Made by a program: the position numbers and the translations under genes. Below the pieces are notes generated by a model that made no database searches, was not told the origin of the DNA, and was given only the letters and a program-made list of their open reading frames with translations. From positions 103,602,001 to 103,666,000 of the forward strand of contig OX597819.1 of NCBI GenBank assembly GCA_951406725.2: DNA of 64,000 bases, read 5' to 3'. The stretch comes from Octopus vulgaris. Taxonomy: Eukaryota. Shown piece after piece: positions 37,126-53,414 of this stretch; the stretch's first letter is position 1; the number at the start of each line of letters is the position of its first letter.

Positions 37126-38759
37126 TTTAGGGCGATGGATTGAAATATTACCGGTTTTTGGATGGCATAGAGGTGGTGGTAGTGTTATTGCTGTTGTTGT
37201 TGTTTATGTTGTTGTTGTTTATGTTGTTGCTGTTGTTGTTGTTGTTGTTGTCGTCATTGGTGGTGGTGGTGGTGGTGCCGTGAAATTTGAATGTGCTTCT
37301 TTTGAAGAGAGGTGGTGAGGATAACAGTGATGATGTAGGTATTTCTATTTCAATGGTGGTGGTAGTGATGGTGGTGGTGTTGAGGATTGGGTGTTGCTGC
37401 TGTTGCTGCTTGTGGTGGTGGTGATGTTGATGATGGTGGTGGTGATAGATTTAGTGAGGATGATGTTCATAGTGCTATTTTTTTTTCTTTTTGCAGGTAT
37501 GGTTTATGTAACGGTGGTAGTGTTTTTTTTTTCAATAAATGCGGTTGTTGTGCTTATGGTGGCGTTGTTTGCGCATGGAGTGATCTTGGTATTAGTGGCA
37601 GCTATGGTTGTGCTTAAGGGTTGCTTAATGAGGAAGTGGGTATGATTTAGTGATTGAGTTTGTGGTGGTGTTGGTTGTACTTTGGATGGTGTCGATTGCC
37701 CTCTGAGTCTCGTTGGTTGCTCTTGTGGTGGCGGTAATTGCGCTTGGGGAGGAGTTGTTTGCGCTTGGGGTGGTGGTGTACAAGTTTGGTAGAGTTAAAG
37801 GTAGCTTTAATGAAAGTGATGCTTGGAGTGATGACAATGATGATGCTGCAGTACTTCTGGTTGTTGTGTAGTGATGATAGTCTTTGATGATAATGGTAGA
37901 GGTTATGGTACTATTAGCTACTATGTAATACCTTAATGAAATTTGATGTAAATAAAGCAGAAAGTGAAATGAACTGGATGGCTTCACCTTTATCAGCTAG
38001 TTCACTTCTGTCATGATATCCAAAATGGGTTTAATATTCTACCAGTTATTATTATTTATTTTTTGCGTAATACTGTCAACGAGCTGTTGTTTTATTTGTT
38101 CTAATTCCTATCTTTTTGCCAGATCATGTAACAATTGAATGCATTTTCAATATATCCCTCGACCTGTATAAACATTTCTGCTTTAATTTAATTTCATTCA
38201 TATTTAAGATGCATTATTACACCCTATATTCGATCACATCACTTGTGTCAACAAGCGTTTAAAAGATAAATTTGTACTCGGCAGAATTCTAGCTCGTGGA
38301 CATCTGTAGTTCTATCTTAACGACTGTGCTCTATTTTAACGGCTGTGATGGATCTGAACACTTTCTGGATATCATTTTTCAAACTATCTAAAGATATTAT
38401 CATTTCATTATATTTACACTACTATCCTTTGACTCCGTATTTTGTCTTGGCATTAAAGCATTCCAGTGCTCTCAAGTGAAATTACTTTTCACTCAGGTCC
38501 AAATCGTACGAGTACTCTATCTATCCCATACTCCCAGTCACTGTTCTGCACAATCCCAACATTACAACTATTACATAATTCTGAGACCACAGAAAAAATC
38601 CCTTCTAGATTTTGTATATTTAGTAAACTATGTAAATCTGTTCTGTAAATATATAAATATTTATATACTTATATTTCTTTCATAAAGGTCATCATGTACA
38701 GACAAATAAAAATAAGCGAACGTTGGCTGAACAGACATTTTGGATAGAAAAGGTTGAAG

Positions 38760-38825
38760 TGTGCTTTGCGACTCGAACTCACGTCTCCTGTATATATAAC
38801 AGGCGTTCTACCATTAAACGAAAGC
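38760..38825 (-). pseudogene. tRNA-like remnant or SINE head
   Basis: Minus strand TTTAATGGTAGAAC (A box), CCTGT-TATATAT-ACAGG arm and GAGTTCGAGTC (B box). Lacks U33 and a good acceptor stem. Confidence 0.45.
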
Positions 38826-39022
38826 AATCTTTCGAATATCTATATTCGTTGTAGAAACTTTATACTTGCTATTCTGAGGTTATTCGGATTTTACAAATCA
38901 TCAAGGTAACATGAAATAGTATTCTGAAACATTGGTACTCGAAGTTCGCCACGCACAACTAGAAAGAATAGTTCTTCCTATTCACGTTCTGTTGAAAATT
39001 TATAAAATTCTTATAACGTCAG

Positions 39023-39061
<39 letters not shown>

Positions 39062-39471
39062 CATACTACCTAAACTACCCTTCCCCCCTACATCGCACCT
39101 TCCATCCCTAATACTATCACTAACCTCATTACTAACCCAAACACCGAAATCTATTTTCTCCTCCCACTACTCTCTATCTAAACACCCCCAGATTCTTCCT
39201 TATAATACACTTAGTTCTTCAAAACATCAATCTATCTTTAAACATTATTTTCTCAAAACCTCAAGTGTAAAATACTTTAAGGAAGACGGAGGCTGGTGCT
39301 ATCCTATGGTGGACTCGTAAAACTCTTATTCAACCACTTAATTCCTCATATCATTTCTATTCTGTGTACGTCAAACTTTTTTTATATGTATTCATATGTA
39401 CATTTTTGGCATTAAATGTATTTAATATCTTTTGTATATCAGGTGGCCAAGCTTGCTTGTCCTTACTTTTA

Positions 39472-39525
<54 letters not shown>

Positions 39526-39554
39526 TGTATGTGTGCGCGGACGCGTATGTGAAT

Positions 39555-39594
<40 letters not shown>

Positions 39595-39685
39595 TTGCGT
39601 GTATGTGTACGCGTGTGTGTGATTAATTATATAAATATATATCATATATACAATTATATATATATATATATATACATACATATAG

Positions 39686-39745
<60 letters not shown>

Positions 39746-40374
39746 GTATGTATCTATGTATGGAAATATCTATGTATGTATCAATCTATCTCGCAACACA
39801 CAAACATACACAGTTATACACCCATACACATTAATGTAGATATCTGCATCCATATGAAAGTGGATGTGTATGTATGTATGTATCTATGTATGTATGTATG
39901 TATGTATGTATGTATATATATATATATATGTATAAGCTAATATGAGTATTTGTGTTTTATTCATATGTATTTATGTGGTGAAATTTTAACTTCCACTTTG
40001 TTATACATTAATGCTTACATGTGTGTGTATGTAATTATGTATATGTGTGCGTGTGTGCATCATTGTTTGTCTGTTAACGTTTATATGAATGCAAATTTGT
40101 GCATTTACATAAGTGGGAGCGATTGTGCGCGCACGCGCTCGTATTTGTGTCTCTCTATTTGTGAGTATGGGTATATATGTGTAGATGAAATATGGTGTCT
40201 GTTCCAATCAAGCGCTTCCAGTTTTATTACGAGTGTACGAATATATAAAGGAAGGAAAATGGCTACTTGCTGACTTGAAGGGAAATCGAAATGAGAACCA
40301 TAACAGGATCAACAACAATAACATCAGCAGCAGCAGCAGTTACAACAACAACAACAACAACAATAATAATAATC

Positions 40375-40412
<38 letters not shown>

Positions 40413-40413
40413 C

Positions 40414-40460
<47 letters not shown>

Positions 40461-40473
40461 GAAAACGATAAAA

Positions 40474-40516
<43 letters not shown>

Positions 40517-40693
40517 TGATAACAATTAGCCTATATAGAGTATGTTATTTTATAAAATCGGTTTTATCAGGAATTTAATTCCCAGTAGGATATCCGATAC
40601 ACAGGCCATTTCTAGCACATTTATTCAGCATGAATACAAGGATATATTTTTTTGCATATACTTCTAAATAAGTTCTGTTTTAACACACACACA

Positions 40694-40747
<54 letters not shown>

Positions 40748-40802
40748 CATATATATACATATTATATATATATATTATATATATATATATATTATACATA
40801 TA

Positions 40803-40858
<56 letters not shown>

Positions 40859-41189
40859 ACACATCTACAGTGATGTGATTGTATCATTCATATGAAGCGT
40901 GTACAATGTCGTGAATGCTTCCAGGAATGATTAGCAAATATAATACCAACAACATATACAGCTCATCCTCACTGATTACGCAATATTTTAAGGTAATCTG
41001 CCAACATCGGACTTGAAAGATCAATTATTGTTAAATGCCAGCCTGGAGGGAAAAGATGTAAGAAAATAAATGAAAATAAGTATCTCAAACGCACAAACGC
41101 ACGCACACACACGCACACATACACACATATACTCACATACATATATATAATCTTCTTATATATAGTTGAATATACATAAATTTTGTAAG

Positions 41190-41229
<40 letters not shown>

Positions 41230-41610
41230 ATATGTATATATAATATATATATATGTATATATATATATATGTATGTATATATGTATATATAATATATATA
41301 TATGTATATATATATATATGTATATATGCATCTTTTGTTTATTTCCGTAAACCTGCCTTCGTCTTTTGTCTATTTTCATAAAGCTTACCGTTATATATAT
41401 ATATATGTATGTGTGTATGTATGTATTTTTATATATATACATTATGTACAAAATGGGACAAGAACGCAAAACATCCAGATAGACGTTACAAAGAAAACAA
41501 GGACGGGTCATTCGAACTTTTCTTTCCTCAGTCAAGTATCAGATTATATTCGCAATTTCGGCTGATTATACTTGCGATTGCTCCAATCTGGCCAAGATTG
41601 ATCGATAGAT

Positions 41611-41644
<34 letters not shown>

Positions 41645-41858
41645 AGACAGACAGACTGACAGATAGGTAGATATATGGATGATTGATATGTATAATTATA
41701 TTAATTATGCATATTGCAATGTAAAGCTCTTGGTTTGTGCAAAGTTATTCGAAACACATGTAAGCTAAATCAATTGTTGATGATTCATCTTCATTTCACA
41801 CGCACGAACAAAAGGCTCTATTAAACTTACCACTTTGTCAGAAGCTTTCTATTTTCGT

Positions 41859-41932
<74 letters not shown>

Positions 41933-42009
41933 ATTCGTAAAGTCTGTAAATTATGGAGAAGTGCGAAACAAATAGGTCTTTTATTAATAAATGCAAATTT
42001 TTGACAAGA

Positions 42010-42200
42010 GGGCAGCCTGGGGGAAGGGTTTAAGTCGATTGCATCAACCCCAGTGTTTCACTGGTACTTAATTTATCAACCCCGAAAGAATGAAAGACAA
42101 AGTCGACCTCGGCAGAATTTGAACTCAGATCGTAGCGACAGGCGAATTATCACTAAGCACCCCGTCCAGCATGGTAACGGTTCTGTAAGCTCGCCGCCTT
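42010..42200 (-). mobile_element. SINE family B, diverged
   Basis: CTGGTACTTAATTTATC..GAATGAAAG.CAAAGTCGACCTCGGC..TTTGAACTCAG..GCTCGCCGCCTT. Confidence 0.8.
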
Positions 42201-42262
42201 GGTCATTTTTAATAATAACAATGATTATATATTATATATATAATATGTGCTCCTTCTAAAGC

Positions 42263-42693
42263 GACTAAACCTAAGCTGTTGACTGAAAAAAGATGGGCTA
42301 AGCCACTAGCAATTGAACACGACATCAATGTTTACATGGCTCTGAACGTACCTAATTTAACCACATAACCCACCCATCGTTTTCAGTCAATTTTTATGTA
42401 TAGATAATTTTAGTCTTGTGTATATACTTATAAATTTGTAAACAAACCCGAAAGCTGTAAATTATGGACCTATCTGTGTCGCTCTTCTCCGCAATTTACA
42501 GCCTTCGTGTTTGTTTCAAATTTACAAGTAAATGCACAAGGCTAAAATTATCTATACATTAAAATTGGCTGAAATTACTGGGTGGGCTGTGTGGCTAAAA
42601 TGGGTACGTAAGGAGCCAAGTAAGCATTGATATCGTATTTAATTCCCAGTGGTTCGGCCCATCTTTTTTTCAATCAATTGTTTAGGTTTCGTT
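42263..42693. repeat. Old foldback/MITE: ~205-bp imperfect inverted arms with a ~20-bp spacer
   Basis: For example TGTATAGATAATTTTAGTCTTGTG (~42397) versus CACAAGGCTAAAATTATCTATACA (~42535). The arms align along their full length. Confidence 0.88.
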
Positions 42694-42749
42694 AGTTGCA
42701 TCTAGATCTGTGGTAAAATTTGAAGGTATGAAAAAAGTGGTGGTTGCAT

Positions 42750-44330
<1,581 letters not shown>

Positions 44331-44667
44331 AAGTAATGGATAGGTTGAGGTTAGAGAAGAAGTTGTGTAGATCTTTCCTGATTCGTTATAAAGATAGTTT
44401 TATTAACGCACATGGAACTAATAACTGCACACTATCCATTTGAAATAGCAAAATATGTACTCCCATCGAAATTTACATACATGGACAAGAAGCCTCTCTA
44501 TCCATTCTACACAGCACATTCCTTGGATAATGGCACAGCAACTTTAACATCCAACATATAGTCTTATTCTCATATCTCTCTTTATATTTCCAGTGTCTCT
44601 CCCTTTCCAAAATAACTTCTTATATAATGAACTCTACTATTTCCTTCTATTGAAATTCTCTCATCTC

Positions 44668-44715
44668 GTCTCTGATGATGTAATATCTTTTATATCCCTG
44701 AAATAGCTGTAAGAC
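44668..44715 (+). ncRNA. Minimal type-I hammerhead ribozyme motif (PLE-type)
   Basis: GTCT-CTGATGA-(degenerate stem II)-GAAA-TAGCTG-TA-AGAC: stem I GTCT/AGAC, near-palindromic stem III and a GUA cleavage triplet. Confidence 0.65.
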
Positions 44716-45587
44716 TATATCTTTCTCTTTATAAATGTCCTAGAAATATCACACTGCCTTGGATTATTCTCTCACTTTTTTTTAACATATACACACTCAC
44801 ACACGACCTGTATCAGACTCCTCACTCATATCACTCATACTATTATTGAAACGGAAGTCTAACAGCGGTCCTTTCTTAGCACTTATATAGACTTACCTGC
44901 CTTTTGGGTCTCCTGGATACTAAAAGCTCTCATATATATATATGTGTGTATATGTATATACATATGGATATGTATATATATATATATATATATGAACACG
45001 GTGGCACAAACATCAGCTCTCTGTAAATGTGTACATGTGTATTAGATTCGGAGTATATTGTGAAAGGTAGAAATATTGATAGAGCGTACTCAACACAGTG
45101 AGAAATTACATAAATATTTTCCAAGTCGTCTGTATAAACTGCTCAGCTGAATTTGACGTTAGCTTTGATTCTATCCAACAGTTATATGAATTAAATAATA
45201 TTCACAAGAATAGTCATCCATTTATTGTAAATTTGAATACGATTCGTGTTCGACTGAGTAAAACAATGAACAGCTTAATAAATCCAACAATTATGTGTCT
45301 GATGTTTATAAGATATAATCACATTTATTTGATATGACGAGCATAATATTAGTTTCCAAATTTAGCATATGGGTAGCGATTTCGGGAGGAATTATAAAGT
45401 CAACCTCCGCAAAATTTGAACTCTGTACGTAAATTTGGACATGCCACAAATCAATTTGCCCGGCATCATAAAGATTCTGCCAGCCGCCTTGATAACGAAT
45501 ATAATATTAACATCATTCGCACATAGTTCTATAAACGGGCACCACATGTATCCATCAATGAGGCTGAGTTGTAAATATGGAGTCTTT

Positions 45588-45701
<114 letters not shown>

Positions 45702-45719
45702 ATACATGCATATATATAT

Positions 45720-45788
<69 letters not shown>

Positions 45789-45824
45789 CAGATATAGATG
45801 TGTATTGATATATATATATATATA

Positions 45825-45916
<92 letters not shown>

Positions 45917-45975
45917 TAGATAGACAGATATATATGTGTATTGATATATATATATATATATACGTACATATATAC

Positions 45976-46014
<39 letters not shown>

Positions 46015-47759
46015 CATATACACACACACACACACGCACATTACATATATACATATTTATAAGTATGTATATGCATATACACCTGTGCCTATATAAGCAC
46101 GTAGCTAAAGAATATATACATGTGTGTGAGTGTGTACATGTGTCCTGTGCGTGTCTAAGCATACACATAACACAGAATACGTTTAAACAATCGCAGCATG
46201 ATATCTTTTTGTGATGTTTTGAAGTTTGCATTTTTTTGACAATTCCCATGCATGCATGGAATTTAATTCCTGAATCTAGCGCCACTAAAACACTATATTG
46301 CGGACCAAATATAACATGGCACTGAATTCATAGCAAACACATTTAAACAGCACTTAAGGAAATAGCAATAAATTTGAAGGAAATGGGAAAAAATAACCAT
46401 CACCCTGTGAGCCTTTACTGTTTTATTGTTTTGATTTTCTGTTCTTTTACTATGTATCCGCTGTTTTAATGCGTATATATATGTATATATATATGTGTGT
46501 GCTTGTGTATGAATGTGTGTGTATGCATATGTGTGTGCGTGTGTGTGAGTGTGTGAGTGTGTGTACATACTTACGTCTGGATGTATTTTTGTATGTGAAC
46601 CATGCATGTATGCATGTATATATATGTGTGTGTGTGTTAGTGTGTGTTTGCGTGTATTTGTATGCGTGTCTGTGTGTATATGTATATATGTATATATGTA
46701 TATAAGTGCGTATGTATATGTATGTGTGTGTGTGTCCGTGCGTGTGGTTATGTCTCTATAAGTAGATATGTATATATACACTGGCTCATCTGGAAAAGCA
46801 GCTTAGACCCCGCTACATGTCTAAATTCAAGAACTGAACTTTTTGGTTCATGTCCACATATGGCTAAACATTTGTTACGTTTTTGCCCCCCACCCCAAGA
46901 TCACAGATAGAACCTGGTTTTTATATTATGTCCACGTAAAAGCATTTTATCTCACTATATTTTATATAAATTTTTTACATATTTTTTACATATTTTTATA
47001 TATGTATTTTTATATATATTTTTTGCTTTATATATTTTACATATTTTTTCTGTATTTTACATTTCACCATGCATTTATCTTCTGCACGTGTGTATATAGG
47101 CAAATATATATGAAAGTTTTTGTGCATGCATGGGCATATATACGTGTGCGTATGTGTATGCGTGTACACGAGTATGTATATATGTACATGTATATGTACA
47201 TGTGTAAAGTTGCATATATATGTGGGAGTACATGCATGTGTTTCACGCGAGTATGAGTGAACATATGCATATATAGCATGTGCGTATTTAGACGTGTATT
47301 TGAATATTATTGTGCAAGTGTGTGAGTGGGCGCGCGTGTGTGGATAGGTTTATGTGTACATGCATGGTTGCATATATAGGCGTATGCGTGGGTGGGTGTG
47401 CATGTATGTTTTTCACGCGAGTGTGAGTGAGCATATGGATATAGGCACCTGCACATGGATGTGTGGTGTGCGCGCATGTGTATGTATGTACATGCGCGCA
47501 TACGCGATTTCTATGTGCATTTTTATTTTTTTAATTTCTCCCCTTCGGTTTTTACCCCTTATTTAGCGGTCATTCTAATAGCTCTTTTGTCTTAATAACG
47601 GTCAGTTACATAGTAATTTCCCTTTGTTTAACAGTCATTTTCATAGCATTTTGGGATATTTTTCTACACCAAGCATCTGAAGTGACTCAGCCTGCACTGA
47701 TTGATGCAACGCAACAAGGTGCACAATATCCTAAGGGACAAATGCAGGATGTGTCTAAA

Positions 47760-48244
47760 CGAACGTTGTGCGGAATAAAGATTTGAAATAGATCCATCTT
47801 CCGTTTTCTTTATCAACTATAAACTCAACGAACACTGCAGATTTCCTGATATAGTTCCAGCGCTAGAAGAAAAACGATCGTCTTTGCTTTGAAGACGAAA
47901 GGTGTTCTTCCATCAGGATAATACTTAGCCACACGCAACAAGAATGACATTCGAAAGACTGGAGCAGTTTGAATGTAAAACGATGCCCCACCCACCATAT
48001 TCGCCGGACATTGCCCCATGTGATTATCATTTATTCCACAGTCTTTTGAATTCTGTAGACGAGGTCAGAACAGTGCAGGAGAAGTATTTTTCGTCATAGA
48101 CAAGTGAATTTTCGAAGAGGGGACTTGCAAGCCAACTAGATACATGGAAAAGCATGGTAGAATATGAAGAAGAGTATATTTTACATGAAAAAAGAACTTT
48201 ATTTAAATATGAAATAAACAGCATTTGTTGAATGACCCAGCATA
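47760..48244 (+). pseudogene. Degenerate mariner 3' half with TIR-like end
   Basis: SPDIAPCDYHLFHSL at about 48001-48045 (mariner YSPDLAPxDYHLF motif). TIR-like TTGTTGAATGACCCAGCATA at about 48225. Confidence 0.75.
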
Positions 48245-48270
48245 TATATACATATATATATATATATATA

Positions 48271-48830
48271 TCAATATCTATAAATCTGAAATGCAAAAAG
48301 TTTGTTTGTCTGGTTCTGGCATTGGAACGGGTTAAAGGCCACTAGATCCCGTCGGATTGACTCCAAAATTGACAGGGACATGTAAAATGAGGTGAGGATG
48401 AGAGTAGGCTAAATTAAAAATCCCTATCTTAAAAGGTGTCGTTGCTAGGGCAAAAAACGCACACTTTGACAAGTCTCCTCTCATTCTTTTATGTATATGT
48501 CTTCCTCCGTTTCTCTCTCTTTCTTCCCTTCCCTTCACTTTCCTCTATAACGTCGTTTCACAGTGTCTACCACCCTTCCCTTTACTTTCTCTCTATAACG
48601 TCGTTTCACAGCGTCCTATATCTGGCTCCGGGGCCTTCGACAGCGCTTTCACGCTCTCTCTCTACGTCTGTCTGCATTCATAGAGAGAATTATCATCGCC
48701 ACGACGACCACCACATAATCATGAGAACAAATATTATGAATCAGATATTTATTGGGTTAATTTATATATGTGTGTGTGTGTGTGTGTTCTATATGTAAAT
48801 ATGTACATATATAAAAAGTGTATATATCTG

Positions 48831-48862
<32 letters not shown>

Positions 48863-48926
48863 ATTTGTATACATTTATTTATATGGCACACTCTTACCCG
48901 CGCGTAGAGCGGGTCACCTTCAGCTA

Positions 48927-48927
<1 letters not shown>
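48271..48927 (+). mobile_element. Non-autonomous Helitron (a different family)
   Basis: 5' A|TCAATATCTATAAA and 3' hairpin ACCCGCGCGTAGAGCGGGT followed by CTAG|T. Confidence 0.75.
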
Positions 48928-48978
<51 letters not shown>

Positions 48979-49242
48979 GTACATGTTTCTGTGCGCGTGA
49001 ATGTATCTCTGCTTGTGTTTGTCCCCTTCTCACTTAATAACGGATATTGGTTTCTTTTTCTCCCCATGACCTAGCGATTGGATTAAAGACTATTAGAATG
49101 AGTCTCACACCTAAAATCAAACACTATTGAGGTCAATTTGTTCGACTAAACCTTCAAGGCAATGCTCAGTATTAGCGCAGTCAAATGACTGAAGTAAGTA
49201 TGCGATAAAAGAAGAGGGATACGTTGTGAAAATAAATATACA

Positions 49243-49397
49243 GGCGCAGGAGTGGATGTGTGGTAAGAAGCTTGCTTCCTAACCACATGATTCCGGGTTC
49301 GGTCCCACTGCATTGCGCAAGTGTTTTCTTCTATAGCCTCGGGTCGACCAAAGCCTTGCGAGTGGATTTGGTAGACGAAAATTGAAAGAAGCCCGTC

Positions 49398-49438
<41 letters not shown>

Positions 49439-49677
49439 TGTATGTATGTATGTATGTATGTATGTATATGTATATGTTTGTGTGTCTGTGTTTCTCCCTC
49501 CATCATCACTTTATAACCGATGGTGGTGCGTTTACGTCTCCGTAACCTAGCACTGCGGTAACAAAGACCGATAGAATAAGTACTAGACTTACAAAGTATA
49601 AGTCCTAGGGCCGATTTGTTCGACTAAAAGCGGTGCTCTAGTATAACTGCAGTCAAAATGACTGAAACAAGTAAAAT
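49243..49677 (+). mobile_element. SINE family A, full length (degenerate neighbours at ~49000-49200 plus and ~49815-50010 minus)
   Basis: GGCGCAGGAGTGGATGTGTGGTAAG head, GGTTCGGTCCC B box and GACTGAAACAAGTAAAA tail. Confidence 0.88.
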
Positions 49678-50387
49678 AATTTTTAAAATGTCATATATCA
49701 CCACTTCTTTTTAACATTAAGCATATCGGTTTTCTCCCCTTTTGTAAAATATAATGCAACAGTTATCAAGGACAATAACACATATAACAAAGCACTTTTC
49801 AAATTCGGGTATCTTTTATCTTTTCCTTAGACTGAAGCCGTGTTGGAGCACCACCTTGAAGGATTTTTAGTCGAATGAATATACCCTAGTACTTATTGTT
49901 TTAAAGCCTGGAACTTATTGTATTGGTCCCTGTTGCCGAATCGCTAAATTACGAGGACATGAACACACCAACACCGATTGTGAAGAGGTAGTAGAGGAGG
50001 AACACAGACACGGAGGTACGAACGCATACATGCACAAACGCACGCACACACGCTCGCATACATACACCATATACACACACACACACAAACATATATAATA
50101 TAAATTCACAACAGGTCGCTAAAGATCCTTAGAAAGATAAGAATCTTATTTTATAATAATGTTAAGTGCATAAACACCTCCTCCTTTGAAGAGTAATACT
50201 CTATTCTTACTGTTCAGTATTACAACGATGGTATCAAATTTAGAATATATAATAAGGAGTAAGTCACGAATAGAAAAAAAAATAGAATAATAAGGTACAA
50301 TTCGACATATGCTTTAAGTAGTCGACAAAACGTCAATATATTTCTAAATAATGTAAGTAAGTAATTAGTTTAGTTGTAAACTATAGA

Positions 50388-50543
50388 TACCTATTTCTTT
50401 ACTACCCACAAGGGGCTAAACACAGAGAGGACATACAAGGACAGACAAACGGATTAAGTCGATTATGTCGACCCCAGTGCGTAACTGGTACTTATTTAAT
50501 CGACCCCGAAAGGATGAAAGGCAAAGTCGACCTCGGCGGAATT
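50388..50543 (-). mobile_element. SINE family B 3' body
   Basis: Matches the reverse complement of the 19380-19540 unit. Confidence 0.85.
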
Positions 50544-51053
50544 TTTACTTGTAAACTATAGATACCAGAAGAATTTGGATAGCAATAATGCAGAAGATAA
50601 CTACAGTAACATCAAAAACGTAGAAAGTCATCTGTTTTATTGCAACAACGTGATCTTCTTACAGCCTATGATTTCCTAAGGCTTTAGTTTATCAGATATG
50701 GCTTACTTAAGCAGAGCTGAGGCTCTGCAAATAGTAACTGCAAATAGGACTTATTACAGCTCTTTATTAATTAAAAATTTGCGTAATATTTCACAACTAC
50801 ATTCTGGACTTTAGAGGAAGACAATATTAACAATAATAAAATCAAATTTATTACGAATTCTTGCAGGGTGTTCGGATTCATGGAGACGTCTATGAAATAT
50901 TCATCCGATATTTATGTGTGGTATATTTGGAGCAAACTCTGGAATTCGTTTTTAACTTTCTTCCGTTTATTTCAGAATATTCGCTAGACAGTTTGTTTCA
51001 CTGCATTAATACCATAGTAATTTTACACAATAAACGTATATACATACATACAT

Positions 51054-51111
<58 letters not shown>

Positions 51112-51559
51112 GTATGTATGTATATATGTATGTATGTATGTATGTATGTGTGTATGTATCTAAGAGGAGCGAGTGTGTGTTGGCGTCTGTTTTCATATAC
51201 ACCTTTGTATTCGTAATGCACCTTGGGTAAGTACACCAAGGGATGGGAGCCTGATGTTTTGCATTGCATTTCAAGCAACCTGCATAAGTGAGAAGGCAGG
51301 AACCCTCTAAGCACTGGACCAGATTTGGGAGATCCATGTAAACCCTAAAGTTACTTAATTCAAATTCGTTATTCTATGCCAATGTCGAATTGTATAATTT
51401 TAAAGATTTTTAGACCATTTAGCAAATATAACGTTATATATATATGTGAGTGGAGTGTATGCAGCTGTGTGTATGTACACATATAAATGCATACCAATAC
51501 ACACATATACATAGCCCTATATAAATGTATGCGTCTATATACATTTAATGATATATATG

Positions 51560-51597
<38 letters not shown>

Positions 51598-51649
51598 TAT
51601 ATGTTTATAAGTATATACATATATGTATACATATATGTATACATATGCT

Positions 51650-51694
<45 letters not shown>

Positions 51695-52269
51695 GTGTGT
51701 ATGAGTGTGTTGATATTTCGGTTTCCGAAGTGATGTTGTTGTTGTGGTTAATACTAACGGAGCGTTTTATTTACTTTATTGATTTATTCGCATTATTTAG
51801 CTATGAAAACTGTTTCCTTTCATCTGTAAGTCAGTGGTGTATTTAGAAGTATTCCTACTTTAGCATTTACCCTTCACACAACCAACCAGTTTCAACTTCT
51901 GATGCTTCTTAACTTCTTTATTCACTCTGCCTCAGCTCTGCTTAAATAAGCCATATCGATCAGCTGTAATTTCAATCTGTACCAATTAGCAACATCCCTC
52001 TCTTCACTAATTTATTCCTCCTCCCATCTCTCACATCTTCACCAACTCTATTTCATTTATTTTTATTGTATTTCTTCATTGTTTCTTTTCTATACTATTT
52101 ACAGTACATTTCTTTCCTTTTTTTTTGTTTTTTGTTTTTTTGCTCTGAAACCTTAGCTTCCCAATTTCAATAAAACAAACAAAGTAGAGAACGGCAGTAT
52201 AAGTAAACAAATATATAAATAAATAAATAAATAAATGATGTTGATACTAATACTTCTACTACTACTATT

Positions 52270-52353
<84 letters not shown>

Positions 52354-52681
52354 AACAAAAGGACTAAACGAAAAACAATAACATAAAACACTAACCAAAT
52401 ATAAACTACATCGGTTTTTTTTTTTTGCTCTTGTTATGTATATAATTGTTGTTCAATAATTACTAATTACTAATCTAGTTAGCAACTGGAAAATTTTCCT
52501 CAGTCACACAATAACAGCAATAACAAAAATCAAATCCCTAAAAAAAAAAACATACACACACACACACACGCACAAAAAAAATAAAAACAATTAAAATTTA
52601 CATTTTTGTTAGTTTTGTCAGATGGTTTGTTTCAATATTTGTTGGATTTACTAATTGTCATCATTATCATCATCACCGTTA

Positions 52682-52756
<75 letters not shown>

Positions 52757-53414
52757 CATTATTATTATTATTATTGGTATTTAATTTTTTATATAATTCA
52801 TTGTTGGAGTAGTTTGTTTTACGATATTTTTCTGTGTCGTTTATTTTATTTAATTATATTTGTGAGTTTATTTTTTCGGGTTTTTATTATTATTTCTTTT
52901 GTCTGTGATAACTTACTAGCTTTGTCAACTAATATAACTGCTGAAAAATAAAATAATCTCCGATACAGTGAAAAGGAATAATGCGGTAAAGAAGATATGT
53001 TTGAAAAGAAAGGAAAACGAATATAATATAAGAAGGAAATATAGTATTTAGGAGAGAAAAAGTAGGAAAATGGAGGATACAGAAATAAAGGAAAGAAAAA
53101 TGTAAGCAAAGGTAAAAGAAAAGTATATAAAGAGTAGATGGAAAAGGAAAGAAAGAATGAAAGAAAGAAAGAAAAGTGACACGATAGACAGCAGAAAAAC
53201 AAGTATTCAAAGATGGAATGCAAAATGTAAAACGGAACGTACCAGAAAATGTATTAAAGTAACAAAGAAATTAGAGGAAAGACGGGGAATCAAGTGATGT
53301 GAAAGGAAAAGAAAATAAAGAGAAGAGAAAAAAGGAGAATATGTTGAAAGTAGGTGAATGCAAACAGGAACAATATATCTGCCTACCAATATATATATAT
53401 ATATAAAAATATGT

